61,911 nucleotides of DNA from Ignavibacteria bacterium CG1_02_37_35. Its GTDB lineage: Bacteria > Bacteroidota > Ignavibacteria > Ignavibacteriales > Ignavibacteriaceae. This document shows positions 38,468 through 47,748 of this stretch, piece after piece. The stretch is taken from assembly GCA_001871325.1 (NCBI GenBank), contig MNVA01000238.1, positions 1 to 61,911 of the forward strand. The letters are read 5' to 3'. The notes below the pieces were generated by a model that was given only the letters and a program-made list of their open reading frames with translations, searched no databases and was not told where the DNA came from. The position numbers and the translations under genes were made by a program. The number at the start of each line of letters is the position of its first letter. Within the stretch, counting starts at the first letter, position 1.

Positions 38468-39010
38468 ATGCCAATAGATATTAGATCAACAACTATCATC
38501 GGGGTTATTCATAACGGCGAAGCGGCTCTTGGCGGCGACGGGCAGGTTACGCTCGGCAACACCGTGATGAAACACAACGCGATGAAAGTTAGAAAAATTG
38601 CAAACGGAAAAGTCCTTTGCGGATTTGCAGGCGCTTCTGCCGATGCTTTTACACTGATGGAACGCTTTGAAGATAAGCTTGAACAATTTCGCGGCAATGT
38701 AAATCGCGCAGCCGTAGAGCTTGCAAAAGAATGGCGCACCGATAAATATCTCAGAAAATTAGAAGCGATGCTGGCGGTAATTTCGAAGGACAGCGCTTTT
38801 ATTATTTCCGGCAACGGAGATGTAATTGAACCGGATGATAAAATCGTAGCTATCGGCTCAGGCGGAATGTACGCACTCGCAGCCGCGAAAATGTTAAAAA
38901 AATACAGCAAACTTTCTGCAAGTGAAATTGTTCTTCAATCGTTACAAACTGCTTCGGAAATATGCATCTACACTAACGATAAAATTCATGTTGAAACTCT
39001 TGAAAAATAA
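38468..39010 (+). CDS. hslV: ATP-dependent protease subunit HslV
   Basis: N-terminal TTIIGV after Met processing; 180 aa; adjacent to hslU. Confidence 0.95.
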   Translation: MPIDIRSTTIIGVIHNGEAALGGDGQVTLGNTVMKHNAMKVRKIANGKVLCGFAGASADAFTLMERFEDKLEQFRGNVNRAAVELAKEWRTDKYLRKLEAMLAVISKDSAFIISGNGDVIEPDDKIVAIGSGGMYALAAAKMLKKYSKLSASEIVLQSLQTASEICIYTNDKIHVETLEK

Positions 39011-39016
39011 TTAGAA

Positions 39017-40405
39017 ATGGAAAAAATTTTGCGAAATGAATTAACGCCCAATCAAATAGTAAACGAACTAAATAAATTTATTATCGGACAGAATGAAGCT
39101 AAACGTGCCGTTGCTATTGCTCTTCGAAACCGCTGGCGCCGTCAGCAAGTTACAGGAATATTAAAAGAAGAAATAATGCCGAATAACATTATTTTGATCG
39201 GACCCACCGGAGTTGGAAAAACAGAAATTGCGCGCAGACTTGCAAAACTTTCTGATGCTCCATTCATCAAAGTTGAAGCAACGAAATACACGGAAGTCGG
39301 ATATGTAGGTCGCGATGTTGAATCAATGATCCGCGATCTAACCGATGTCGCAGTCAATATGATTAAAGCCGAAAAAACAGAAGAAGTAAAAACAAAAGCC
39401 GAAGAACTTGCATATGAAAGAATTCTTGATCTTCTTATTCCTCCTGTAAAAAAGCCGGTTGAAAATGGAGATGAAAATAAAAATGAAGTTGCCGTAACTG
39501 GAGAAGACCCGCTTACAAACCAAAAAACACGCGAATGGATGCGCACCAAACTGCACAAAGGTGAAATTGATAACCGATTGATCGAGTTTGATATAACAAC
39601 TTCCGCGGTTGGTATGCAAGTGCTCGGTCCAATCGGCGGCGATGATCTGGGAATCAACATTCAAGAAATTATGTCCACCATGCTGCCGAAGAAAAAGAAA
39701 AAGAGAAAAACAACCATCGCGGAAGCGAAAGAAATTTTTTCCGCAGAAGAAGCGCAAAAATTAATTGATATTGATACAGTTCAAAAAGAAGCAATTGAAC
39801 GGGTTGAAAATTCGGGAATTATTTTTATTGATGAGATTGATAAAATTGCCGGAAGCGGCGGACGTTCGGGCGGTGGACCAGATGTTTCCCGCGAAGGTGT
39901 TCAGCGCGATCTGCTTCCGATTGTTGAAGGTTCAACCGTTAATACAAAATACGGACAGGTGCGTACCGACCATATTTTATTTATTGCTTCGGGTGCATTT
40001 CACGCTTCAAAACCTTCCGATCTTATTCCCGAAATGCAGGGAAGATTCCCCATCCGTGTTGAACTGAAAAGTCTGACCGAGGATGATTTTATAAAAATTC
40101 TTACGCTGCCGGAAAATGCTTTGTTGAAACAATACTCCGCTCTTTTGGAAACTGAAAACGTAACTCTTCATTTTACAGAAGAAGGAATAAAAGAAATTGC
40201 CCGCATCGCTTTTGAAGTGAATGAGCAAGTTGAAAATATCGGCGCGCGCCGTTTGCACACAATATTAACAACGCTTTTAGACGATATTCTTTTTGAAGTC
40301 CCGGACAAAATGCCAAAAGCTGCCGTTAAAATTGACGCTAAACTTGTGAAGAAAAAATTAGACGCGATTGTGAAGAATAGAGATTTGAGTAAATACATTC
40401 TTTAA
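39017..40405 (+). CDS. hslU: ATP-dependent protease ATPase subunit HslU
   Basis: [15 protein letters not shown] Walker [11 protein letters not shown] Walker B, C-terminal GARRLHT. Confidence 0.95.
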   Translation: MEKILRNELTPNQIVNELNKFIIGQNEAKRAVAIALRNRWRRQQVTGILKEEIMPNNIILIGPTGVGKTEIARRLAKLSDAPFIKVEATKYTEVGYVGRDVESMIRDLTDVAVNMIKAEKTEEVKTKAEELAYERILDLLIPPVKKPVENGDENKNEVAVTGEDPLTNQKTREWMRTKLHKGEIDNRLIEFDITTSAVGMQVLGPIGGDDLGINIQEIMSTMLPKKKKKRKTTIAEAKEIFSAEEAQKLIDIDTVQKEAIERVENSGIIFIDEIDKIAGSGGRSGGGPDVSREGVQRDLLPIVEGSTVNTKYGQVRTDHILFIASGAFHASKPSDLIPEMQGRFPIRVELKSLTEDDFIKILTLPENALLKQYSALLETENVTLHFTEEGIKEIARIAFEVNEQVENIGARRLHTILTTLLDDILFEVPDKMPKAAVKIDAKLVKKKLDAIVKNRDLSKYIL

Positions 40406-40430
40406 AAAATTTGTAATACAGGATACTATT

Positions 40431-40449
40431 CTCATAGGCGTCAACTTAA
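40431..40449. repeat. 19-nt exact inverted copy of 22187-22205
   Basis: CTCATAGGCGTCAACTTAA. Weaker flanking similarity (TGAATCAA, ATGTT..CGAT) continues for ~70 nt. Confidence 0.9.
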
Positions 40450-40653
40450 GAATATCAATTTTTGTTTTGATTCACAGTTAAATGTCTAAATGTTCGATTG
40501 ATTAAGCATTTTAATAATGTCATGCCTTCGGCATTTAGTTCCGCTCTTCTCAGGTGTTATTATAATAATTTCATCCTTTCGGGATTGAGAAAAATAAATC
40601 CCGAAGGGATGGAATGATTAGTGCGCCGGGCATGTAGTAAAACTAAAAGGTGC

Positions 40654-40892
40654 GTTGCTGGAAAAGCAACAAGTCCTAAGAGAGCCTTGATGACAGGAAT
40701 CTCATAGCCGAGAGCAAAGGTGTCCCAAGCGATCGCAAGGGCTAACTCCAGTCGGGCTACGCCTTCCTTCCGTTAGCCCTTGCGTAAGTAGTAAGAACGA
40801 AATTCTGTAAACTAAATTTAGGACTTGACAAAGTGGAAAGTTAAAAACCGGAACCACTAGTCACTTTCCACTTTAAACTTCTCGCTTTTTTT
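40654..40892 (+). promoter_or_regulatory. Candidate structured 5' leader / cis-regulatory RNA upstream of the MOSC gene
   Basis: Perfect helices: 40654-59/40665-70; long-range 40671-79/40818-26; 13 bp at 40734-46/40772-84; 11 bp at 40831-41/40863-73. GC-richer than the flanks. No ORF. Confidence 0.3.
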
Positions 40893-41681
40893 ATGAAAAC
40901 ACTCAAACAAATAACGGTTTATCCGATTAAATCACTTGGCGGCATCAACCTTGATAAAGTCGAAATAACTTCCGGCGGGAGTTTGAAATTTGACCGGGAG
41001 TTTGCCTTTGTTGATGAAGAAGGAAAATTTATTAACGGGAAGAAGTTTACGAATCTTCATCTTATAAAGACGACTTATTATTTAGTTGAAAGGCTTGTGG
41101 AATTTTCAATTGAACAAGAAAATTTCAAAAAGATTTTTCATCTTGAAAAAGAAAAACCAGGAATAGAGAAAATCTTTTCCGAATTTTTGGAAACGAAAAT
41201 TACCTTTCAACAAAATAAAGAAAGCGGTTTCCCCGATGACCGTAACGCTTCCGGACCAACGTTAGTAAGCTTTGCGAGCCTGCAAGAAGTGGCGAAATGG
41301 TTTCCCAACATTTCTGTTGAAGAGCTGTACATAAGGTTTCGTCCGAATTTAATGTTAACTGATACGCCGGCATTTTGGGAAGACAATTTGTTTGGCGAAA
41401 AGGGAGAAGAAAAACCATTTCACATAGGAGGGGTACAATTTCTCGGAATAAATTCATCTTCGCGCTGTGCAGTGCCAACAAGAAATCCACAAACAGGAGA
41501 AGTAATTCCTTTCTTTCAAAAACATTTTTCCGAGATGCGAAAGACGACTTTACCCGCTTGGTCAAACCTTTCGCAGTTCGATCATTATTACCGGTTTTGT
41601 GTGAACACAAAAATTCCCGTTACAGAAGTCGGAAAATTTTTATCTGTCGGCGTTATCGTTCGTATCGCACCACAATATTAG
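40893..41681 (+). CDS. MOSC domain protein (MOSC_N beta-barrel + MOSC)
   Basis: ITVYPIKSLGG N-terminus and the conserved-cysteine region SSSRCAVPTRNPQTGE. Confidence 0.85.
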   Translation: MKTLKQITVYPIKSLGGINLDKVEITSGGSLKFDREFAFVDEEGKFINGKKFTNLHLIKTTYYLVERLVEFSIEQENFKKIFHLEKEKPGIEKIFSEFLETKITFQQNKESGFPDDRNASGPTLVSFASLQEVAKWFPNISVEELYIRFRPNLMLTDTPAFWEDNLFGEKGEEKPFHIGGVQFLGINSSSRCAVPTRNPQTGEVIPFFQKHFSEMRKTTLPAWSNLSQFDHYYRFCVNTKIPVTEVGKFLSVGVIVRIAPQY

Positions 41682-41703
41682 TACTCACTTATCAGGAAAA
41701 AAA

Positions 41704-42189
41704 ATGAATTCAGAATTAAGTATAAGGCAGGCAGCCGAAGAAGATATACCGCGAATACTTTCTTTTATAAAAAAAATTGCCGCGTATGAAAAACTTTCGC
41801 ACGAAGTAATTGCAACGGAAGATATTTTACGCAAATCTTTATTCGGCGAAAAGCCAGGCGCCGAAGTTGTTTTTGGTTATGTAGAAAATGAACCGGTTGC
41901 CTACGCAGTTTATTTTTATAATTTTTCTACCTTTATCGGGAAGAAAGGTTTGTACTTAGAGGATCTTTTTGTGCTGCCGGAGCTTAGGGGAAAAGGCGTT
42001 GGAAAAAAAATGCTTCTCTATTTAGTTCAAAAAGCCATGGATGAAAAGTGCGGAAGAATGGAATGGGCTGTTCTTGACTGGAATGAACCTGCAATTAATT
42101 TTTATAGATCGCTCGGGGCAAAAGCAATGGATGAATGGACAACTTTCCGTTTGGACGAAGAGGCTTTAAAGAAAATTGATTCACGTTAA
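41704..42189 (+). CDS. GNAT family N-acetyltransferase (diamine acetyltransferase-like)
   Basis: LRGKGVGKKML acetyl-CoA binding motif; 161 aa. Confidence 0.85.
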   Translation: MNSELSIRQAAEEDIPRILSFIKKIAAYEKLSHEVIATEDILRKSLFGEKPGAEVVFGYVENEPVAYAVYFYNFSTFIGKKGLYLEDLFVLPELRGKGVGKKMLLYLVQKAMDEKCGRMEWAVLDWNEPAINFYRSLGAKAMDEWTTFRLDEEALKKIDSR

Positions 42190-44384
42190 TTCTTTCTCGG
42201 TAAACACGAAGTAAGTTTTTCGATTATTTCAATTTTATCAAACGGTTTGGATATATAGTCTGTAAATCCTGCAGCCAACAAAGTTCGTTTTTCGTTATCA
42301 AGCGCATAAGCGGTAACGGCTATAATTGGGGTTTCCCTGTTTAACGAATTTTTTTTAATAACTTCCATTGCTTCTTTTCCATTAGGACCATTTCCTAAAT
42401 TGATATCCATCAAAATCGCACCATATTTTTTCTCTGCCGCTTTTTGCATAGCTTTATCAGCGCGGTTCGCATATTCTAGCCGGCAAACTTTACGCAAGAA
42501 AATAGTTATCACATCGCTTGTTGAGGGATCGTCTTCTACCAATAAAACAACGGGCAGATCGCTTTCGGTTTTTGTTTCCTTAAAAAACTCGGTGAGGCTG
42601 AACGGCTTTTTCTCCTCCACAAGAAGTGGCTGAATTCCGGAATGCGCTGACTCGCTCACCGGCAAACGAAGAATAAATGAAGATCCTACACCAATTTCAC
42701 TCTTTACTACAATAGTTCCTTTAAGTAATGAAGCATATCTATTAACAATTGTTAATCCTAGTCCCAAGCCTTCATAACCACGGCTGATCCCTTCGCTCAC
42801 CTGCCGAAATTCATCGAATATTATTTTACAGTTCTCGGGAGAAATCCCAATTCCGGTATCTTTAATTTCAACGGTAAAATATTTTACTGCACTATCTTCC
42901 TCTTTTCTCAGAACAACAATCACTGTTCCCTCTTCGGTAAATTTAAATGCGTTATTTAAAAGTTGAGAAAGAATTTCTTCAAATAACAGTTTGTCGGTCT
43001 CCGCATAACATTCTTCTGCGTCATTCTCGAAAAAGAGTTTCAGATTTTTCTTTTCAGCAAACTGCTTATACTTTTCGAGTAATTTCTTGATCACCGAAAC
43101 GACATCGAACAACTCGGTTGAGAACGCAGCTTTTTCCGCTTCAATTTTAGAGAATTGTAAAATAACATTCAGTGTTTCGAGAAGTCGTTTCCCCCCGTAC
43201 AAGATGTTTCGTGAAGAATCTTGAATAAATGGGTCTTCGGAAGAATCAATTAAAATTTCAGCAAAACCAAGAATAGAGATCAGCGGTGTGCGGAGTTCAT
43301 GGCTCATATTTGCCAGGAGGTTAGATTTTAGCCGGTTCATTTCTTCAGCTTTATTCTTCGCGTCAATTAAGGTTTGCTCTGTTTTTTTAAGAAGCGAAAT
43401 GTCTCTTACCACGCCGATAATCAACGAGAATTTTTTCTTTGCATCAATCAGCGCTTTTCCATAAAAATAAACCGGGATAACTTCTCCGTCTTTACGCTGC
43501 ATGGTTAGTTCGGTTTCATAAAAATCCTGCTTTGCATAGATCGAAAAAGATTTTTTAATAAAAGAGTCAAACTTCCCTCCATCACCGAAAAGAATTTCAC
43601 TTCCGTGTTCGAGCAATTCTTCTTTTTCATATCCGAACATTTTTATTGCCGCATGATTAACGTTTTCAATTTTCCTTTCTGTCGGATTAATAAGAAAGAT
43701 CGCTTCCTCCAAACTATCGAACACTTTTTGGAGTAGGGTTTGTGAGAATTCAAGTTCTTCAACGATCTTATTCTTCTCGGAAATATCACGGATACTATTT
43801 TGTATTAGCGTTTCTCCCCCAATTTCTATTAAGCGTGCAGATATTTCAACCGGAAATTCATCACCGTTTTTCTTTCGATGCACCGCTTCGAAGATCACTC
43901 CTTCACGGCTCTCAAATGCTTTTACTATTTTGGACATTCCCCGGATACTCTTCGGAGCGAAAATGAGCACAACGTTTTGATTAACAATCTCTTTCCGCGT
44001 ATAACCGTATGTTTTCAGCGCCTGATGATTTACTTCCACAATCAGTCCTCTCTGATCCATCAATAAAATAATATCGTTTGCATACTTCGTTAATATTTGA
44101 TAATGTGAAAGAAGCGCTTTTTCCTTCACTTCGGAATTAATAAAACCTTTCAACCCAAGTACCCATTTTTTTTGATAGATGAGCGCCAGTAAGAGTGCGA
44201 AAATTGCGATGAGTAAAACTACATAGGAAAAAAGCAAGATGTATTTATTCTGCAACACGAACGGAGAGGAGTGTACGTTCAAGTATTGCAGGTAAAAATA
44301 AGAAGCGGTAACGATTGTAATTACGAGAAGAAAGAAAATTCCAATGAAGGTCTTTTTGTTTTTCTTTAGTTCTGTTGTATCCAC
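42186..44384 (-). CDS. Hybrid sensor histidine kinase (2 TM, PAS x2, HisKA, HATPase, receiver)
   Basis: H-box MSHELRTPL, G-boxes DTGIGI / GLGLGL, C-terminal receiver with VLLVEDD...DINL. Confidence 0.9.
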   Translation of the reverse strand: MDTTELKKNKKTFIGIFFLLVITIVTASYFYLQYLNVHSSPFVLQNKYILLFSYVVLLIAIFALLLALIYQKKWVLGLKGFINSEVKEKALLSHYQILTKYANDIILLMDQRGLIVEVNHQALKTYGYTRKEIVNQNVVLIFAPKSIRGMSKIVKAFESREGVIFEAVHRKKNGDEFPVEISARLIEIGGETLIQNSIRDISEKNKIVEELEFSQTLLQKVFDSLEEAIFLINPTERKIENVNHAAIKMFGYEKEELLEHGSEILFGDGGKFDSFIKKSFSIYAKQDFYETELTMQRKDGEVIPVYFYGKALIDAKKKFSLIIGVVRDISLLKKTEQTLIDAKNKAEEMNRLKSNLLANMSHELRTPLISILGFAEILIDSSEDPFIQDSSRNILYGGKRLLETLNVILQFSKIEAEKAAFSTELFDVVSVIKKLLEKYKQFAEKKNLKLFFENDAEECYAETDKLLFEEILSQLLNNAFKFTEEGTVIVVLRKEEDSAVKYFTVEIKDTGIGISPENCKIIFDEFRQVSEGISRGYEGLGLGLTIVNRYASLLKGTIVVKSEIGVGSSFILRLPVSESAHSGIQPLLVEEKKPFSLTEFFKETKTESDLPVVLLVEDDPSTSDVITIFLRKVCRLEYANRADKAMQKAAEKKYGAILMDINLGNGPNGKEAMEVIKKNSLNRETPIIAVTAYALDNEKRTLLAAGFTDYISKPFDKIEIIEKLTSCLPRKN

Positions 44385-44614
44385 GTTATTGATAGAGATT
44401 TAATTTTCTTTTATTACAAGATAAGTAATTTATACTGTTTTATAGAACAGTATTGTGAATTTTCAAAGTTCCGCGCCAAGATGTATTTTATAAGTGTTGA
44501 CATAGCGCTGGATAACGGAAATGCACGCTAATCGCAAAACTAAAATTTATCTTGAATTTACCGCTTCTAAATTACAAATAATTAAAACATATTTGAACAT
44601 AGGACAAAAGTCTC

Positions 44615-44782
44615 TAACCCGGATAACCCCCGCAACAAGCTGGATAAACCGGAAATCACAAAAAACAAATACCAAATAATTTGGGATGAATGATTGTATG
44701 GATGAATGAAAAACATCCATTTATCCATTCATCTTCATTCAGTCATTCTATTGCTTTATTTGTCTCATTCATATTCTGCCAA
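44615..44782 (+). repeat. Intergenic repeat module B, copy 1
   Basis: Alignable by eye to 49183-49466: the TAACC..GGATAA.CC..GG(A)TAAACC.GAAATCA.AAAAAA block, a GAATGA-rich hairpin, and ...CATTCAGTCATTCTAT..TTTGTCTC..ATTCTGCCAA. Confidence 0.8.
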
Positions 44783-44814
44783 ATATTACACGAACTTTAG
44801 TGGCTAGGGATTAC

Positions 44815-44870
44815 ATTTTTCTCAAGACGATGCCTGGGAAAAAAGCGACCTGCCCGCCAGATTACCGGTA
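44815..44870 (-). repeat. Inverted partial copy of the unit-A hairpin module
   Basis: GACGATGCCTGGGAAAAAAGCGACC resembles the reverse complement of 9-40 (GACGCTGCTTGGGAAAAAAGCTAAA). It is followed by CCCGCCAGA..CCGG, as at 296-310. Confidence 0.6.
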
Positions 44871-45133
44871 GAGAGGCAGGCGGGAAGCAAAAAATGAAAA
44901 TCAAACAGCACATTAATTTGTTTTGTTAAGGTATTTTCTGTCAGCAGCCCACAGATTCATCTGTGGGTAATTTAACAGAAGGAAACCCTTAAAACCGATT
45001 TATCGGTTACAATTTGAAAGCTCAATTATTACTCATGTCTGCGACATTGTTCCTCTCTTTGCTAACCCGCCTGCGGCGGGAATGACCTTTTTATTTAATT
45101 CCACCCCATAGCTGAAGCTATGGGCTGCTCTTC

Positions 45134-45160
45134 CCGGCAATTATCGTTAACATGTTAGTA
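45134..45160 (-). repeat. Inverted partial copy of the unit-A palindrome module
   Basis: CCGGCAATTATCGTTAACATGTTAGTA is the reverse complement of a ...CTAACATGTTAACGATAATTG... sequence. Confidence 0.7.
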
Positions 45161-45212
45161 ATAACAGTTTTCTGAATCCCTAATTTTCTTCCTCAAATAT
45201 GATGCAGCCCTT

Positions 45213-47744
45213 TTGTTTTTGAAACGTAGTTTTTATAAGTTTTCAGTCAACAAAACAAAACTTCGGGAAAGAAGAGTGCCAATAAAAAAAGCCGTGTTGC
45301 CCCAACCCCTTAAGATCAACGATCTCCGCTGGTTTTGTAATCCACAGATTTTCGATTTTGAATCAACCAGCGAACTTGAACCTAATGAAAGTATCATCGG
45401 GCAAGATAGAGCATTGCGCGCTATCAAACTCGGTGTAAATCTGCGCAGTCCAGGATATAATATTTTTATTGCCGGACTTTCGGGTACGGGCAAAGCCACC
45501 GCAGTAAAAAAAATGCTTGAATCTACTTCGGCTAACTGCCCGGTGCTCAAAGATTATGCTTATGTAAACAATTTCAATGACCCGGATGCGCCTATTCTTC
45601 TTACTTTCCCCAAAGGTCAGGTGAAGGATTTTAAAAAAGAGCTGTTAAGTTTAATTCAATATTTGAAAGACCGAATCCCGCAACAATTGGAAAGTCAAAT
45701 TTTTACTAGGAAGCGAAAAAAAATTCTAGGGGAATACGGTAAGAAAGAAAAAGAATTACTTACCCACTTTCAAAAGAAAATTAACAAAGATGGGTTTGCT
45801 CTAGGGGCGATGCAAGTTGGTGAAAACGCCAGACCGGAAATTATTCCTGTAATTAAAGAAAAACCTGTTCCGGTTCAGCAGCTTGAAAAAGTTATCCTTG
45901 ACGGGACGATAACAAAGGAAAACGCTGAAAACATTATTCGGAAGTATAACGAATACCAACTTGAATTGGTTAATCTTTATAAAAAAGGATTAAAATTAAG
46001 TCAAAAACTTCAAATTGAATCACTCGAACTTGAGCGAAAAGAAGTTGGGGCGGTCGTTAAAGGTTCGTTAACCGCTTTTTATGAAAAATATCCCGATGAA
46101 AAAATTTCTCTTTACTTGCACCAAGTAGAAGAAAGCATCTTAGAGAATCTTCAAATCTTTAAAGGACAAAAACCTGAAAACGAAGAAACTCAGGAAGGGT
46201 TTGTCATTGATTATTTCCGCGAGTATGATGTTAATATTGTTCTTGATAACTCGAACACAACCTCGTGCCCTGTTGAAGTGGAAATTACGCCGACCTACAC
46301 AAACCTTTTTGGAACAATTGAAAAAGTGAATGACGGCAGAGGGGGCTGGTACGCTGATTTTACACGCATCAAAGCCGGATCGTTACTAAAAGCCAATGGT
46401 GGGTTTTTGGTTTTGAATGTTTCCCATCTTTTTGAAGAACCGGGCGTTTGGAAAACCCTAAAGCGTATTTTAACATTTCGTAAACTTGAAATTCAAGATT
46501 CTCAAAATTTCTTCCAGTTTCAACCATCAATTATAAAACCGGAACCGATTGATGTGGACCTAAAAGTTATCCTCATTGGAAGCAATTCTATCTATTCAAT
46601 GCTCGCAGAGTTTGAAGACGATTTCAAAAAAATATTTAAAGTGAAAGCAGACTTTGATTACGAAGTAAAACGAACAGGCGAAATAATAGATGAGTATGCC
46701 CGTGTAATTAAAAAAACCATTAAAGAAGAAAATCTTTTAGAATTTGATAAAACGGCAATTGCCTCTTTACTCGAACTTGCGGCTCGGTATGCCGGGCAAA
46801 AAGACAAATTGACAGCACGCTTTTCTGTCCTTGCCGATTTAGTTCGCGAGGCTCATTATTGGGCTAAAGAAGAAAATGTTCAAATCGTTTCTGCAAGGCT
46901 TGTAAAAAAAGCATACGAAATGGCTAAAGACCGCCACGCTTTATATGAAGAAAAACTTTCCGACATGATCCGGGAAAAAACTATTCTTATTGATACGTCC
47001 GGTGAAAAGATTGGACAGATAAATGGACTTGCGGTTTACGGTTCCGATTTTTATTCATTCGGAAAACCGTCCCGCATCACCGCTTCGGTTTCAATCGGTA
47101 ACGGAGCTATTATCAATGTTGAACGCGAAGCCGGTATGAGCGGAAAAACTTACGATAAAGGAGTGCTGATTATTTCTGGTTATTTCAAAGAAATGTTTGG
47201 GCAGCAGTTCCCTCTTTCATTTTCCGCAAATTTGGTTTTTGAACAATCATACGGAATGATTGACGGCGACAGCGCTTCGGCGGCGGAAATTTTTACTTTG
47301 CTTTCAAATCTTTCCGGACTTCCAATTAAACAGTCATTTGCTGTAACCGGTTCGCTCAATCAAAAAGGAGAAATTCAACCTATCGGCGGAGTGAATGAAA
47401 AGATTGAAGGGTTTTACAGTGTATGCAAAATGAACGGATTCACAAAAACGCAGGGCGTTATTATCCCTATTCAAAATGTAAAAGATTTAATGCTAAGCGA
47501 AGAAATAATCGAAAGCGTAAAGAAAAAAGAATTTTCTGTTTTTGCTATTTCTAAGATTGATGAAGGAATCGCTCTGCTCACCGGGGTAAAAGCAGGACTA
47601 AAAAATAAAAATGGAATCTATGAACAAAACACAGTTTTCGGGATGGTTCAGCAACGGTTAAAAGAGATGTATAAAAAAGGAAAGAATCCTTTCAAAGAAA
47701 AAACTGCACGTTCAAAGAAAAACTCCCGATCAAAAGGAAAATGA
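45213..47744 (+). CDS. Lon-related AAA+ protease (AAA_32-like ATPase + Lon C-terminal protease domain)
   Basis: IIGQDRALRAIKLGV...GYNIFIAGLSGTGKAT Walker A; C-terminal GPSAS-like region IDGDSASAAE and Lon_C pattern. Start uncertain (TTG 45213 or GTG 45276). Confidence 0.8.
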   Translation: MFLKRSFYKFSVNKTKLRERRVPIKKAVLPQPLKINDLRWFCNPQIFDFESTSELEPNESIIGQDRALRAIKLGVNLRSPGYNIFIAGLSGTGKATAVKKMLESTSANCPVLKDYAYVNNFNDPDAPILLTFPKGQVKDFKKELLSLIQYLKDRIPQQLESQIFTRKRKKILGEYGKKEKELLTHFQKKINKDGFALGAMQVGENARPEIIPVIKEKPVPVQQLEKVILDGTITKENAENIIRKYNEYQLELVNLYKKGLKLSQKLQIESLELERKEVGAVVKGSLTAFYEKYPDEKISLYLHQVEESILENLQIFKGQKPENEETQEGFVIDYFREYDVNIVLDNSNTTSCPVEVEITPTYTNLFGTIEKVNDGRGGWYADFTRIKAGSLLKANGGFLVLNVSHLFEEPGVWKTLKRILTFRKLEIQDSQNFFQFQPSIIKPEPIDVDLKVILIGSNSIYSMLAEFEDDFKKIFKVKADFDYEVKRTGEIIDEYARVIKKTIKEENLLEFDKTAIASLLELAARYAGQKDKLTARFSVLADLVREAHYWAKEENVQIVSARLVKKAYEMAKDRHALYEEKLSDMIREKTILIDTSGEKIGQINGLAVYGSDFYSFGKPSRITASVSIGNGAIINVEREAGMSGKTYDKGVLIISGYFKEMFGQQFPLSFSANLVFEQSYGMIDGDSASAAEIFTLLSNLSGLPIKQSFAVTGSLNQKGEIQPIGGVNEKIEGFYSVCKMNGFTKTQGVIIPIQNVKDLMLSEEIIESVKKKEFSVFAISKIDEGIALLTGVKAGLKNKNGIYEQNTVFGMVQQRLKEMYKKGKNPFKEKTARSKKNSRSKGK

Positions 47745-47748
47745 AACG

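Noticed and set aside
39142-39757. Many 60-170-aa ORFs in the track lie antisense to, or out of frame within, long well-supported genes. Examples are 39142-39660, 39338-39757, 38509-38910, 41200-41610, 19732-20097, 766-1047 and 2609-2980.
   Set aside because: They overlap genes with unmistakable family motifs (HslU, HslV, MOSC, YceI and others). They have low-complexity or odd compositions and no motifs of their own. I treat them as shadow ORFs.
40734-40784. The minus-strand reading ...GGGCUAAC-GGAA-GGAAGGCGUAGCCC... looked like the SRP (4.5S) RNA domain IV GGAA tetraloop region.
   Set aside because: The 5' arm does not reproduce the conserved CAGGUCC-type strand or the symmetric-loop residues. 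The surrounding sequence does not fold into the single long SRP hairpin. The best helices favour a different fold.
42186-42189. Convergent gene pairs whose stop codons overlap: TTAA at 42186-42189 and TTAG at 51064-51067.
   Set aside because: This is a compact-genome packing feature with no additional structure. I note it only because it leaves no room for terminators.
44467-44518. AGTTCCGCGCCAAG ... AGCGCTGGATAACGG and the GGGATAAACC boxes at 44640 and 49192 resemble halves of the E. coli type I-E CRISPR repeat (GAGTTCCCCGCGCCAGCGGGGATAAACCG).
   Set aside because: There is no regular repeat-spacer periodicity and no intact 29-nt repeat. No cas genes are in the window. The boxes belong to the mosaic intergenic repeat family instead.
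45213-47744. The Lon-like protease might be BrxL, given a PglX-like methylase elsewhere in the window.
   Set aside because: No brxA, brxB, brxC or pglZ genes are present. The protease is 26 kb from the methylase island and sits next to pyruvate kinase. Its N-terminal ATPase pattern fits the stand-alone Lon-related protease family.
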